From: Mobula hypostoma
Taxonomy: Eukaryota
DNA length: 64,000 nucleotides
NCBI RefSeq assembly: GCF_963921235.1
Contig: NC_086097.1
Span: 192,822,001 to 192,886,000 of the forward strand
Reading direction: 5' to 3'
A program made the translations under genes and the position numbers. This document shows positions 1 to 13,374 of the stretch, one piece after another. Position 1 is the stretch's first letter. Each line of letters begins with the position of its first letter. Below the pieces are notes generated by a model. That model searched no databases. It saw only the letters and a list, made by a program, of their open reading frames with translations, and was not told where the DNA came from.

Positions 1-867
1 ATTTAAAAGCAATTGTGAAGCTCATTTAGATGCATGTAAAATATATTGAAGATGGATATTGTGATAACTTATGTACCCAGCAAAATTTTATTTCTCAGCA
101 ATCACACAAAAAAACGGATTGTTTATTTATATTGTTTCTTCTTCAAGGACCTTCCTTTATTAGTTGTAGCTCAGTTCGTGGAATATTGTCTCTCAAGCAG
201 AAGGTTGTGTTTTCAAATCTCACTCTGGAGACTTGAGTTGAAAAGTGAGGTTGACATCCACTGCATTCATCTGAGAGCTGTTCATGATTAGAGTTTTCAC
301 CTTTTTAAGACAACATTATGTTCCCTCAAGTGATCTCACTACACTATTCCGCAGAAGAGCAGGCAAGTTATGTGCGGAATTTTTTCCTCATTCAACATCA
401 CTGAAATTGGTTATCAGGTCATTAACACACTTGCTGCTTGTGGGAGTTTGTTGTGCACAAATGAGCTGATTTATCCTTTATTACAATTATAACCACACTG
501 CATAATGTACCTCATTAGATATGAATTCTCCTGAAACCAACTAGGGCAGCATCATGTAAATGCAAGTCTATTATTGTAAATTTCTCTCCTTCAGCCCATC
601 ATGCCTTTATGTCCATTCTGGCCATCAACAGTCTATCTATACTAATCCCATTTGAACTGTAATCTACTAAACCATGGTGTTTCAAGTGCTCCTTGAATCT
701 CTGTTCACTATCTCCTCAGGCATGGCATTTGAGATTTCATTATAAACCAATATCTTCAGATCACAGACACCCCTGGAAGAGTTCCTCATTATCTTCCCTA
801 TTCCTATCACTCATAAGTTTGTACATCTCAAACTGTTCTCTGTTCCAAAGGAGGCTACTCTGGCCTA

Positions 868-3800
868 TTCATAAGACCATAAGACATAGGAGCAGAGGTA
901 GGCCATTCATCCCATTAAGTCTGCTCTGCCATTCAGTCACGGGCTGATCCAATTCTTCCAGTCATCCCCACTCCCTTGCCTTCTCTTCATACCCGTGATG
1001 CCTTGGCTAATCAAGAACCTATCTATCTCTGCCTTAAATACACCCAATGACATGGCCTCCACAGGCAACAAATACCACAGATTTACCACCCTCTGACTAA
1101 AGGAATTTCTCCGCATCTCTGTTCTGAATGGACATCACTCTATCCTGAAGTCATGCCCTCTTGTGCTGGACTCCCTTACCATGGGAAATAACTTCACCAT
1201 ATCTAATCTGTTCAGTCCTTTTAACATTCGAATGTTTCTATGTGATCCCACCCTCATTCTCCTGAACTCCAGGGAATACAGCCCAAGAGCTGCCAGACGT
1301 TCCTCCTGCAGTAATCCTTTCATTCCTGGAATCATTCTCATGAATCTTCTCTGAACCCTCTCCAATGTCAGTACAGTATAATCTTTCTAAAATAAGGAGC
1401 CCAAAACTGCAAACAATACTCCAAGTGTGGTCTCACGAGTGCCTTATAGACCCTCAACATCACATCCTTGCTTTTATATTGTATACCTCTAGAAATGAAT
1501 GCCAACATTGCATTCCCCTTCTTCACCACTGACTCTACCTGGAGGTTAACCTTTAGAGTATCCTGCACAAGGCTCCCAAGTCCCTTTGCATCTCTGCATT
1601 TTGACTTCTCTCCCCATCTAAATAATAGTCTTCCCATTTATTTCTTCCACCAAAATGCATGACCGTACACTTTCCAACATTGTATTTCATTTGCCATTTC
1701 TTTGCCCATTCCCCTAAACTATCTAAGTCTCTCAGCAGGCTCTCCGTTTCCTCAACACTACCCGCTCCTCCACCTATCTTTGTATCTTCGGCAAATTTAG
1801 TCACAAATCCATTAATCCCATAGTTCAAATCATTGACATGCATCGTAAGAAGCAGTGGTCCCTACGCCGACCCCTGTGGAACTCCACCGGTATCCGGCAG
1901 CCAGCCAGAATAGGATCCCTTTATTCCCACCCTCTGTTTTCTGCTGATCAGCCAATGCTCCACCCATGCTAGTAACTTCCCTGTAATTCAATGGGCTCTT
2001 ATCTTGCTAAGCAGCCTCATGTGCAGCACCTTGTCAAAGACCAAATGAAAATCCAAGCACACCACATCCACTGCACCTCCTTTGTCTACCCTGCTTGCAG
2101 CTTCCTCATAAAATTGTAGAAACTTAGTCAGAGGGGATTTTCCTTTCAGGAAACCATGCTGGCTTTGGCCTATCATGTCATGTGCCTCAAGGTACTCCAT
2201 TATCTCATCCCTAACCATCGATTCCAACAATTTTCCAACCACTGATGTCAGGCTAGCAGGTCCATAGTTTTCTTTCTGCTGCCTCCCACCCTTCTTAAAT
2301 AGTGGAGTAACATTTGCAATTTTCCAGTCCTCTGGTACAATGCCAGAATCTATTGATTCTTGAAAGTTAATGCCTCCGCAATCTTTCTAGCTACTTCCTT
2401 CGGAACCCGAGGGTGCATTCCATCAGGTCCAGGAGATTTATCCACCTTCAGACCATTAAGCTTCCTGAGCATCTTCTCAGTTGTAATTTTTGCTGCACAT
2501 ACTTCACCTCCCTGACACTCTTGAATGTCCAGTATACTGCAGATGTCTTCCACTGTGAAGACTGATGCAAAATACGCATTCAGTTCCTCTGCCATCTCGG
2601 CCTCTCTCATTACAATAACTCCAGGGTCATTTTCTATTGGTCCTATGTCTGCCCTCAACTCTCTTTTACCCTTTATATACTTAAAAAAGCTTTTATTATC
2701 TTCTTTGATATTAGTCACCAGCTTCCTTTCATAAATAATCTTCTCCTTCCTAATGACCTTCTTAGTTTCCTTCTGCAAGTTTTTGAAAGTTTCCCAATCC
2801 TCTATCTTCCCACCAGCTTTGGCTTCCTTGTATGCCCTCTCTTATGCTTTTACTTTGGCTCTGACTTCACTTGTCAGCCACGGTAGTGTCTTTCTTCCAC
2901 TCAAAAATTTCTTTCTATTTGGAATATACCTGTCTTGCACATCCCTCATTTTTTGCAGAAACTCCAGCCATTGCTGCTCTGCTGTCTTTCCTGCTCGTGT
3001 CCCTTTTCAGTCAACTTTGGCCAGCTGTTCTCATGCTATTGTAATTTTCTTCATTCAACTGAAATACCGGCACATTGGAATTTAGTTGCTCCTTCTCAAA
3101 TTTCAAAGTGAACTCGATCTTATTGTGATCACTGTTCCATAAGGGTTCCCTGACCTTAAGCTGTTTTATTACCTCCGGATCATTGCACAACACCCAAACT
3201 AGCACAGCTGATTTCCTCGTGGGCTCAACAGCAATCTGTTCTAAAAAGCCATCTCTTAGACATTCTACAAATTCTCTCTCTTGAGGTCCAGTAGTAGCCT
3301 GGTTTTCCCAATCCACTTTCATGTTAAAATCTCCAACGATCATCATGACATTGCCCTTCTGACACGCCTTTTCTATCTCCTGCTGTAATTTGTATCCACA
3401 TCCTGGATGCTATTTGGAGGCCTGTATACAACTGCCATTAGGGTCCTTTTACCCTTGCCATTTCTTAAACTCAACCCATAGAGACTCAACATCTTCCGAT
3501 CCTCTGTCATCCCTTTCCAACAATTTAATATTATTTCTTATACACGGGGCCACACCACTCCCTCTGCCTACGAACCTATCTTTCGGATACACCATATATC
3601 CTTGGACATTCAGCTTCCAATGGCAGCCATCCTTTAGCTAAGTTTCAGAGATGGCCACTATATCATACTTTCCACTCTGTAGCTGAATTTCAAGATCGTC
3701 CATTTTATTTCTTATGCTGCGTGCATTCAAATATAACACTTTCAGTCCAGTAATTGTTCCTTTCTGGTTTAACTGCACCATGCCTCTATTGCCCTGAAAC

Positions 3801-4990
3801 TCATCCCACTGGCTGTGATTATGCCTCATCTCCTGACTGTCCTTTCTATCATCTCTGTTGCACGCTATCTTTGACTTATTTCTGTTTTCCCCTTCTTCAG
3901 CCCTATCACTCCGGTTCCCATCCCCCTGCCAAATTAGTTTATACCCTCGTTAACAGCTCTATTAAACCTACCTGCTAGAATATTGGACCCCTTCGGGTTC
4001 AGGTGTAACCAGTCCTTTTCGTACTTCCTCCAGAAGAGGCCCCAATGATCCAGGAACACAAAGCCCTGCCTCCTACACCAGTCTCTCAGCCACACATTAA
4101 TATGCCTGATCATGCTATTCTTGCACTCATTAGCACGTAAGATAGGCAGCAATCCTAAGATTACTACCCTAGAGGTCCTTCTTTTCAGCTTCCTACCTAA
4201 CTCCCTGAATTCTCTCTTCAGGGCCTTCTCCCTTTTTTATCGATGTCATTGGTACCAACTTGTACCGAGACTTCTGTCTGTTCACCCTCTCCCTTCAGAA
4301 TACTCTGCACTTGATCTGAGACATCCCATACCCTGGCACCTGGGAGGCAACACACCATTCAGGCATCTCTGTCAGGCTGACAGAACCTCCTATCTGTTTC
4401 CCTCACTACGGAATCCCCTATGACTACCACATTCCTCATCTTCCTCTTTCATCTTTTGCACCACAGAATCCAGCTCAGTGCCAGAGACGCAATTGCCATG
4501 GTCGTCCTCTGTCAGGTCTCCCCCCTCAGCAGCATCCAGAATGAGGTAATGATTAATGAGGGGTTTGGCCACACTGGTGCTCTCTACTATCTGAGCTCTT
4601 TCCTTCCCTTCCCTGACAGTCACCCACTTATCTAACTCCTGCAGCTCCCTGTAGCTCCTATCTACCTCTTGCTCACTTTCCCTAATAAGCTGTAGGTCAT
4701 CAAGCCACAGCTCCAGATCCCTAACACGGTCTCTCAGGTGCTGTATCTGAGTGCACCTGGCCATCAGGAAGACTGGAAAATTCCCACATCTGACACCCAG
4801 CACAAATTACTAACCCTACAGACATGCCTTCAGTTCCTCAGAAAATGCAGGGAAAAGCTAAGTCCTCTTACCCACTTACCTCGCCAAAGCCCAAATGAAC
4901 CAAAGACCTACCATCCTGACTCAGACGACCCAACGATGACAGCTCCTTTGATGACCAATGATGAGCACTCCTTTGATTCATCCTCACCTC
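868..4990 (-). mobile_element. CR1 LINE, near full length, degenerate (ORF1 with SGNH esterase; ORF2 APE + RT)
   Basis: Ordered minus-strand ORF fragments: ORF1 RCTQIQHLRDRVRDLEL (4390-4803) and esterase DWLHLNPKGSNILAGRF (3934-4152); ORF2 YLNARSIRNK (3638-3829), VGDFN/SDH (3011-3346), KSPGPDG (2350-2778), QHGF (1988-2242), FAED for FADD (1553-1843), LVRPHLEYC (1368-1637). Tail repeat cataagac at about 870-890. Many frameshifts and stops. Confidence 0.95.
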
Positions 4991-5439
4991 ATAAGGGAAA
5001 TACTCTATTCCTAACAACGTCCTGGTGAATCATCTCTGCACATACTCCAGTGCAATTGTATCCTTCCTATAAAATGATAACTAGAACTATATGCAGTACT
5101 CCAACCTCACTCTACGTAATGAATGATATAGATAAGTTAGAACCACTCTGCTCTTATATTCTATACACTAACTAATGAAGGCAAGAATCCTGTGTGCCTT
5201 CAGAACTACCTTACCTACTCTCTTACTGCCTTAAGGAATTCTTGAATTTGGACATCTGCTGCTCCTCAGTTCTAAGGTCTGACCACACATTGTATATATC
5301 CTCACCTTATTGCTCCTGCCATGCTTCAGGGCTCAGTTCCAAATGTTGTCTCTCTACCCATCTTCACTAACTATAGGAATTATCCTGTATTCAAAGTCTA
5401 CCCTCCTTACCATTATTGACACCAAAATCTTCATATTTT

Positions 5440-5702
5440 ATTTTATTCTATGAAGATAGAGTGTAGAATAGGCCCTTTGAGCCATGCAGCCCAGCATCTC
5501 CCCGATTTAATTCTAGCCCAATCACGGGACAATTTATAATGACTAAATACATACAAACCGGTACGTCTTTTGACTGTGGGAGGAAACCCACATGGTCACA
5601 GGGAGAATATACAAACTCCTTACAGGCAACAGTGGGAAATGAACCCAGGTCGCCTGTACCGTAAATCAGTGTGCAAACCACAATATTACTGTTCCGCTGT
5701 GA
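5440..5702 (-). mobile_element. tRNA-derived SINE, V-domain (HE1-like)
   Basis: Minus strand shows a B-box-like GGGTTCATTTCC, then a V-SINE-like core gagtttgtatattctccctgtgaccatgtgggtttcctcccacagtc, a CR1-like 3' end and an AATA tail. Confidence 0.75.
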
Positions 5703-5934
5703 ACTTATTGATCATATAGCAACATTCCAAATACAATAAAAACTCACTATCCTGAACCTCTGTTTTCCGTCACCAAACCAATTGCAGATCTGTATTTTCA
5801 AATTGCAGTGCATTCCATGGATCTTTTGGACTAATACACTGTGTGGGATCTTGTACACTAACCCTATCAACAAACTCTGATAACTCTTCAAAAAATTTAG
5901 TCAAATTACTAAAAATTTTTTCATGGACTGTTTC

Positions 5935-6800
5935 ATTGTCCCTTCAGAAATCTGATGATGGAGTGGAAGAAGCTGCTCCTAAAATATTGAGTGTGTGTCT
6001 TCAGGCTCCTGTACCTCTTCTCTCCTGGTAATAATAAGAAGCGAGCATGCCTAGGGTGATGGAGATCCTTAATGATGGATGACACATTTTTTGAGGCTTT
6101 GCCTTTTGAAGATGTTCTCGATGCTGGAGAGACTAGTGTTTATGACGGAGCTGGTTCAGTTTGCAATCGTCTGCAGCTTTTTCTGATCCTGTGCTGTGAC
6201 CACTCTATACCAGTCAACGATGCAACCAGACAGAATGCTCTCCATGGTATATCTGTAGAAATTTGTACGAGTCTTTGGTGATGTACCAAATCTCCTCAAA
6301 CTCCTAATAATATATAGCCCTCTGCCTTTTTCACAATTGCATCAATATGTTGAGACCCAGGAATTTGAAACTGCTCAGCTCTTTCCATTGCTGACACCTC
6401 AATGAGGACCAGTGTCTGTTCCCTTGACGTCCCTCCTGAAGTTCACAATGAATTCTTTGGTTTATTGATGTTGAGTGCAAGGTTGTTGTTGTGACATAAC
6501 TCAACTAACAGATCTATGTTACTCCTGTATGCATCCTCTTCACCACCTGAGATTCTGCCAATCACAATTGTGTCATCGGTGAATTTATAGATGGCATTTG
6601 TGCTGTGCCTAACCACACTGTTGGGTGTAGACAGAGTAGAGCAGCAGGCCAAGCATAAGTCCTTGTAGTGCGCCAGTGTTGATTTTTCAGTGCGGAGAAG
6701 ATGCTATTTCTGATCCACACTGATTGTGGTTTCCTGATGAGGAAGCCAATAATCCATTTACAAATGGAGGTGCAGAGGTCCAGAGTTTAAAACTTATTGA
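5935..6800 (-). mobile_element. Rex1/Babar LINE fragment (RT to 3' end), degenerate
   Basis: ORF 6443-6652 NAIYKFTDDTIVIGRISGGEEDAYRS...NNLALNINK is the Rex1 RT FADD region. Confidence 0.85.
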
Positions 6801-6916
6801 TTGGTTAGTTATTGAATATTGATTGTTTAGGGAATCATTCTCCTGATACATTCATGGTTTCTAGCTTGGGAACATGCAGATTGTTCTTTTTTGCTAGAGA
6901 TTTACCAAAGATGAAA

Positions 6917-7874
6917 ACTCCCTGCTGTACTCACTCTACACCCATGATTGTGTAGCCAAGTTTCCATCAAACTCAATATATAAGTTTGCTGAAGACACCA
7001 GAAATGTAGGCCGTATCTCAGGTAATGATGAATTTGAGTACAGAGAGGAAATTAAGAACCTGGTGGCATGGTGCAAAGACAATAACCTATCCCTCAACGC
7101 CAGCAAGACCAAGGAATTGGTTGTTGACTACAGAAGGAGTAGCGGACCACACAACCCCATTTACATCGGTGGTGCGCAAGTGGAACAGGTCAAAAGCTTT
7201 AAGTTCCTTGGGGTCAATATCACAAATGACCAGACTTGGTCCAACCAAGCAGAGTCCACTGCCAAGAAGGCCCACCAGTGCCTTTACTTCCTGAGAAAGC
7301 TAAAGAGATTTGGCCTGTCCCCTAAAACCCTCACTAATTTTTATAGATGCACCGTAGAAAGCATTCTTCTAGGGTGCATCACAACCTGGTATGGAAGTTG
7401 TCCTGTCCAAGACCGAAAGAAGCTGCCGAAGATCGTGAACACGGCCCAGCACATCACACAAACCAGTCTTCCGTCCTTGGACTCACTTTACACCGCATGC
7501 TCTCCGAGCAGTGCTGCCAGGATAATCAAGGACACGACCCACCCAGCCAACACACTTTTTGTTCCTCTTCCTTCTGGGAGAAGTTTCAGGAGCTTGAAGA
7601 CTCGTACGGCCAGATTTGAGAACAGCTTCTTTCCAACTGTGATAAGACTGCTGAACGGATCCTGAACTGGATCCGGACCTGCCTCTCAGTTTTTTTGCAC
7701 TACCTTACTTCCCATTTTCTATTTTCTATTTTCTATTTATGTCTTATAATTTAAATTTTTAATATTTACTATCGATTTGTACTCCAGGGAGTGGGAAGCG
7801 CAGAATCAACTATCGCTGTGATGATTGTACGTTCTAGTATCAATTGTTTGGCGACAATAAAGTATAAAGTATAA
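6917..7874 (+). mobile_element. Rex1/Babar LINE, 5'-truncated, relatively young
   Basis: 200-aa ORF 7063-7665 WCKDNNLSLNASKTKELVVDYRR...FKFLGVNIT...FYRCTVESIL...NSFFPTVIRLLN. KFAED lies upstream, and the tail is (aaagtat)n at about 7858-7874. Confidence 0.95.
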
Positions 7875-8059
7875 ATATATTTTCCTCAATTTCATGAATT
7901 TTTGCAGGTTATCTTTCTTGATAGTTAGACAAAAAATTCAATGGAATTCCAGTTTTTAGGTAAAATTATCCCAATGTAATATTCCAGTTTTATTTCCAGG
8001 AATAAAATAATTTTGTTGGAAAACATAATTTATTCTGATCTACAGAGCAACAATGTCCT

Positions 8060-8512
8060 AACCAATTGCATCACCATCTGGTACAAAGGATTGCAAGGAC
8101 TATAGGGAGGATAATCAGAGAGTGCTGGGTACGCAAGGCCCTTAGCTTTGTTAATGATCCCTCCCATCCATCCAGCAATCTCTTTGACACCCCCCCCCCC
8201 CACCATGAGGCAAGAGATAGCGTAGCATTAGGGCAAGAACTATTAAGATGGGAAACTGCTCCTTCGTCCAGGCCATAAGGCTACTGCCCTCCCTGTTTCA
8301 TCATATATGAAGTGCCAGTAGTGTTACACTGTTTATTTTTTAAACTTGTGTCATACATGCACCTTATTATTTGTTAATTTACCTGCATTAATATTACTTT
8401 GCATTATGTGTATGTTATATATACTTTGTTGTACACTTTGGTCTGAAGGAATGTTGTTTCATTTGGTGGTACACATATGTACAGGAAAATGACAACAAAC
8501 TCAACTTGAACC
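8060..8512 (+). mobile_element. Rex1-like 3' fragment
   Basis: CITIWY and DPSHPS-type remnants, with an acttga tail. Confidence 0.65.
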
Positions 8513-9097
8513 TGAATATGTCTGAAAATTAAATTCTCCCAATGCAAATGGAGCATTGCTCATTTTAAATGAGTTTGACTCCAAAGATACATTTTGATAG
8601 TACTACACCTGATGCTTCATCCATACAGCACAAGTTATGACAACTCCTCATCCTGACCATTTTCAATTACAAAATAGTTTCTGATTATTGAAAGCAAAGT
8701 GTTCATCAGAAGTAATAATATTTCTAGCCTATGATTTTACAGAAAAGACTGAGGGAGAGTGTTGCAGTTGAAGTCAGATTTTTTTGTTTTATACAGTAGT
8801 GTTTTACAAAAACTCATTGCTTTCATCCCTCGTTATTTTGTAAATCTGTTTGCAACAGTGGTTAATCTGTCATGTGGCCGGAAACTATAAACACCTAAAC
8901 ACATCTAGAATTGAAGACTTAGTTCTCAGTGTTTTCACACATCTTTAATCTCACTTTGGCATCACAAATTGTTTGTGCTTGGAGATATTGGTGATGCAGG
9001 AAGAGTTTGTATTTGGGATTAGATGTTCTCTCACTATTTCTACAACAAATATATTTTATACAAATTACAATATACAAAAACGTAACCAGATATGAAC

Positions 9098-9208
9098 CTG
9101 TTTTGCAATGATATCTTCCCTCCTGCAGATAGCCTTCCACTGACTTTCTTTGCAGCATGCTGATGCATCAGCCCATAGTAGTTTTCGTAATGCACAAGTT
9201 GAAAGTTG
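9098..9208 (-). CDS. Candidate exon 7 of minus-strand gene (QLSTCALRKLLWADASACCKESQWKAICRREDIIAKQ)
   Basis: tag acceptor, 111 nt open in phase 0, weak donor CAG|gttcat. If unspliced it reads on VHIWLRFCIL to a stop at 9065. An alternative AG 9 nt upstream opens a different frame (DYSNFQLVHYENYYG...), so the frame is ambiguous. Confidence 0.4.
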
Positions 9209-9744
9209 CTATAATCACTGTAATAGTGATAACAAAAAAATCAGAGCAATATATTAAAGAATAATCCTGATTCTCAAGGGTCCTGGGTAATCACATAAAT
9301 GCTACAATAAATTAGATAACTTACAACAGTTTGAGCACACATATATTTCTGAGGTTACCTTTCTCTAAATGAGTCATGATTGTGCATTCAGGGAATGTCT
9401 TTAGGGAGTTTTTGGCATTATAAAGCATAAAATATCAGCCCAGAGTACAGACTTGTAAGTTTCCAGTTGAACAAAACTTTAATAAGAAAATCTTCTATTT
9501 GTCAGCAATATAAAATTTCACTTTGATTATTTTAGTTTTTTTTGTTAGTGCACAGATGGCTCTCAGCCAAGTGCATAAATAATATATTCATAAAAAATAA
9601 CTGTGTATAATGATTAGCATAAATTAGTGGTTGCACACACTCCAATATGTATCCACAGACAAAATCCAGATGTGGAAATTGTATATTCCTAAACTTAGCT
9701 CCTAATTGTTATATCAGTAAATGTTCTGGGTCCCTTAAAGTTGT

Positions 9745-10305
9745 CATAGTCGAGGGGGAGTTAGTGGAGATAAGCTCCCACTACATATTAAATGATCCCA
9801 ATGGCGTGTGTCTCAAATAGCCTCTGACAACCAAATCCAGCTCCTGATATTCGCATGTGGCTTAGTGACCAAGCCCAGTGGGACAGTTTCTACTGACAAG
9901 AGAAGGAGCAAAAGCGGGTTACTGCTACCTCAAAACCAGTCACTTCAGCCAGATGGGGCTTGTCAGCTATGGTCACAGCTCACCTAGGAGAAGGAAAACT
10001 CTGATTTCAAACCTCCACTGCCTTGCGGCTATACCTTCTCAAGAGGAAGGCTTCAGGAGTAAACCCCAAGAATTCTGGAGCTGGAGATACCTAAGGCAGT
10101 CCCATGTTGAGCTCAACATTGACTGGCAACTCCTGCAAATGCCACTGGTGTCAACATGCGTTGGTCTTTGCCATTTCTTTGGATTCATCAGCTGCATGGA
10201 CAGGGGCAGCCTTCTACATGGGCAACAGCTTGCTCTGGGTTGCAAGATATTATAGACAGCTAGGACGTAACATCCATGGCCAACCCCACCCAATGGAGGG
10301 CCTCT
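9745..10305 (+). mobile_element. Non-autonomous RTE-like retroelement
   Basis: Homologous, in the opposite orientation, to 63155-63675 (for example ctaggagaaggaaaactctgatttcaaacctcc and gactggcaactcctgc). GC-rich with no real ORF. The clade assignment is inference. Confidence 0.6.
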
Positions 10306-10334
10306 CACATTTTCTGAATTTTAAAAGATTTTAC

Positions 10335-12333
10335 TTAACTTCTGAAGATCTCCCATCCACTGCCACCAAACGCATGTTTCTCTTCCCCACATTGCTCATT
10401 TCTTCCTCCTAACCAAGATCTATAAACCTGACTGTTCGGGGCATGCCCATGGTCTCTAGCTGCTCCTTCCCCACTGAACTAGTGTCTGCAGACCTCGACT
10501 CCATTCTATTCCCCTTGCTTCAGTCCCTTCCCACCTATAACCATGACACTTCACATGCTCTCAATCTCCACAACAATTTTCTATTCCCTAGTCCTGATTG
10601 CCTCATTTTCATCGTGGATGTCCAGTCCCTGTACACTTCTATCCTCCACCAAGAAGGTCTTAAGTTCTTCACTTCTTTCTTGATAAAAGAAAGACCAGTT
10701 TCCTCCTCCATCTAGCGGAACTGGTCCTCACCCTCAACAATTTCTCCTTTAGCGTGTCCCGCTTTCTCCAATCCCAAGGACAACTGCATGGGCCCAAGCT
10801 TTTTGTTGGCTATGTAGAACTGTTCATGTTCCAAGCCTTCCCTGGTAATGCTCCACAACACTCTCTGTGCGAAATTAATGACTGCATTTGTGCTGCTTCA
10901 GATATCCATGCTGAGCTCATCAATTTAATCAGCTTTGCCTAAAACTTCAACCCTACTCTGAAATTCACTTGGCCCACTTCTGACACCTCTGTTCCCTTTC
11001 TTGATCTCTCTGTCTCCATCTCTGGAAACAAACTATCTACTGACGTCTTTTATAAACCTACCGATTCCCATGGCTATCTTGACTATACCTCTTCCCACTC
11101 TGTTTCCTGTAAATATGCTATTCCTTTTTGAAGTTCCTTCATCTCTGCCACATCTGTTCCCAGGATGAGGTTTTCCTTTCCATGACATCAGAGATGCCCT
11201 CCTTCTTCAAAGAACATGGTTTCCCTTCCTCTGCCATTGATGCTGCCTTCTCCCACATCCTTCATTTCCCCGACACTCCAACTTCCCACCGCCTTAACAG
11301 GAATAGAGTTTCTCCCATTCCTACCTACCACCTCATGAGCCTCTGCATCCAACACATCATTCTCCCCAACTTCCACCATCTTCAATGGGAGTTTGCTATC
11401 AAACACATCTTCACCTCTTCACCTCCCCCTCCCTACTCTCTGCTTTCCACAGGGACCGTTCCCTCTATTTATCCTCTTGTCCATTCATCCAGTCTCATTA
11501 ATCTCACTCCTGGCACCATCCCTGCAAACATCAGAAATGCTAAACCTGCAAATTCACCTCCTCTCTTACCTCCTTTCAGGGCCCTAAGCAGTCTTCCCAG
11601 TTGAGGCAACACTTCACCAATGAATCTGTTGGGGTCATCAATTGTAACTGGTGCTCCTCTACTTTGGTGAGACCCGATGTAAACTGGGGGAACCATTTTG
11701 TCGAGCAACTGCACTCCATCTGCTAAAGGTGGAATTTTCCGGTGGCTATCATTTTAACACATCACATTCCTGTTCCGACATGTCAGTCCACGGCCTCCTC
11801 TTCTGCCATGATGTGCTACTCTCAGAGTGGAGGAACAACCCTCATATTCCGTCTAGGTAGCCTCCAACCCGAGGGCAGGAACATCGATTTCTTCTTCCAG
11901 TAATTTTTTCTCTCCTTCTTTCCTTTTTTTCTATTCCCCATTCAGGTCTCTTATCTCTTCTCTTCACCTGCCTATCACCTCTCTCTGGAGCCCATCCTCC
12001 TTCCTTTTCTTGCATATTCCACCATCCTCTCCTATCAGATCCTTCTTCTCCAGCCCTTTGCCTTTTCCACCTATCACCTCTAGCTTCTTATTTCATCTCC
12101 CCTCTCCCACCCACCTGGCTTCACCTATCACCTTCTAGCCTGTTCTTTTTCACCTCCCCATACCTTTTCATTCTGGCACCTTCCCCCTTCCCTTCCTGTC
12201 CTGATGAAGGGTCTTGGCCTGAAATGTCAACTGCTTATCCATTTCCATAGATGCTGCCTGATCTCTAGATTTCCTCCAACATTTTGTGTGAGTTGCTCTG
12301 GATTTCCAATTCTGCAGAATCACTTGTGTTTTT
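10335..12333 (+). mobile_element. Penelope-like element (RT + GIY-YIG endonuclease) with 3' pLTR, degenerate
   Basis: RT motif A FIVDVQSLYTSI (10443-10715), YIDD-like EIND, PFLD and YKPT remnants; GIY-YIG remnant LYFGETRCKLGEPF (11651-11860); pyrimidine-rich 3' region ending in a CTGATGA...GAAA unit at about 12200. Confidence 0.88.
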
Positions 12334-12513
12334 AATTACTTGAGTTGTTTTATATTCTACGGAATATTAGGGAAACCTCAAACTATATTGTGAATTTTGG
12401 GGGGATATATTTTTTTTGTATTAAACTGAGAAATAATTAGATATTATTTATTGTTACCCTGTATCGTGTTTATTTGTGACCCTCATGAAACCAATGCATT
12501 GCACTCTGATGTA

Positions 12514-13128
12514 CGAGGGGTGATTGATAAGTTCGTGGCCTAAGGTAAAATGAGTCAACCTTAGAAAACCTAGCACATTTATTTTTCAACATAGTCCCCT
12601 CCTACATGTACACACTTGGTCCAGCGGTCATGGAGCATACAGATCCCTTCTTTGTGGAAATGGCCCACAGCAGGGGTGATTGATAAGTTTGTGGCCTAAG
12701 GTAGAAGGAGATGAGTTAACACACATCAAAGTTGCTGGTGAACGCAGCAGACCAAGCAGCATCTCTAGGAAGAGGTACAGTCGACGTTTCAGGCCGAGAC
12801 CCTTCGTCAGGACTAACTGAAGGAAGAGTTGGTAAGAGATGAGTTATACAGCTCTCATTACATGCATGTGCAGTTCAGCTCTTTGAGTGAAATGCAGAAA
12901 GTTTGAAGTTAATAACTCATCTCCCTTGACCTTGGGCCACAAACTTATCAATCACCCCTGCTGTTGATCATTTTCTGGAGGTCCAAGATGCCGACTTCTA
13001 CAAAGAGGGGATCGGTATGCTCCACGGCTGCTGGAGTAAGTTGTGTAAATGTAGGAAAAATACATGTGCTAGGTTTTCTAAAATTGACTCCTTTTACCTT
13101 AGGCCATGAACTTATCAATCTCCCCTCG
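12514..13128. mobile_element. Mariner-type non-autonomous element (MITE) with long TIRs and TA TSD
   Basis: Starts ta|cgaggggtgattgataagttcgtggcctaaggtaaaa and ends ttttaccttaggccatgaacttatcaatctcccctcg|ta. A second, internal TIR-like pair lies at about 12668-12718 and 12911-12963. Confidence 0.88.
12779..12814 (-). ncRNA. Minimal type I hammerhead ribozyme motif (Penelope pLTR-derived)
   Basis: Reverse complement is AGTC-CTGACGA-AGGGTCTCGGCCT-GAAA-CGTC-GACT, identical to 19575-19610. It lies in a 117-bp insert (12719-12835) flanked by the direct repeat gagatgagtta. Confidence 0.65.
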
Positions 13129-13374
13129 TATGTGATAATGAACTAATATACTTAATCTAATCTTTTCATTAGAGCATTCAGTATTTTACCTGGGGATAGA
13201 ATTAACAATTAGGATGAGAAAAGTATCCATGTTTGATATGATGCACTTCCATTTACATTAGTATCATGAAAATCAATATCATTAAGACATCTTCATTAAA
13301 AAATCTGCAAAATATCCCCCAGTTCTGGCATGATATGAATGTTATTTATAATTATGTAACATGTTTTTTAAAAA

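Noticed and set aside
148..203. Plus-strand exon-like segment after ttgtttcttcttcaag
   Set aside because: Weak donor and no partner exon found on the plus strand.
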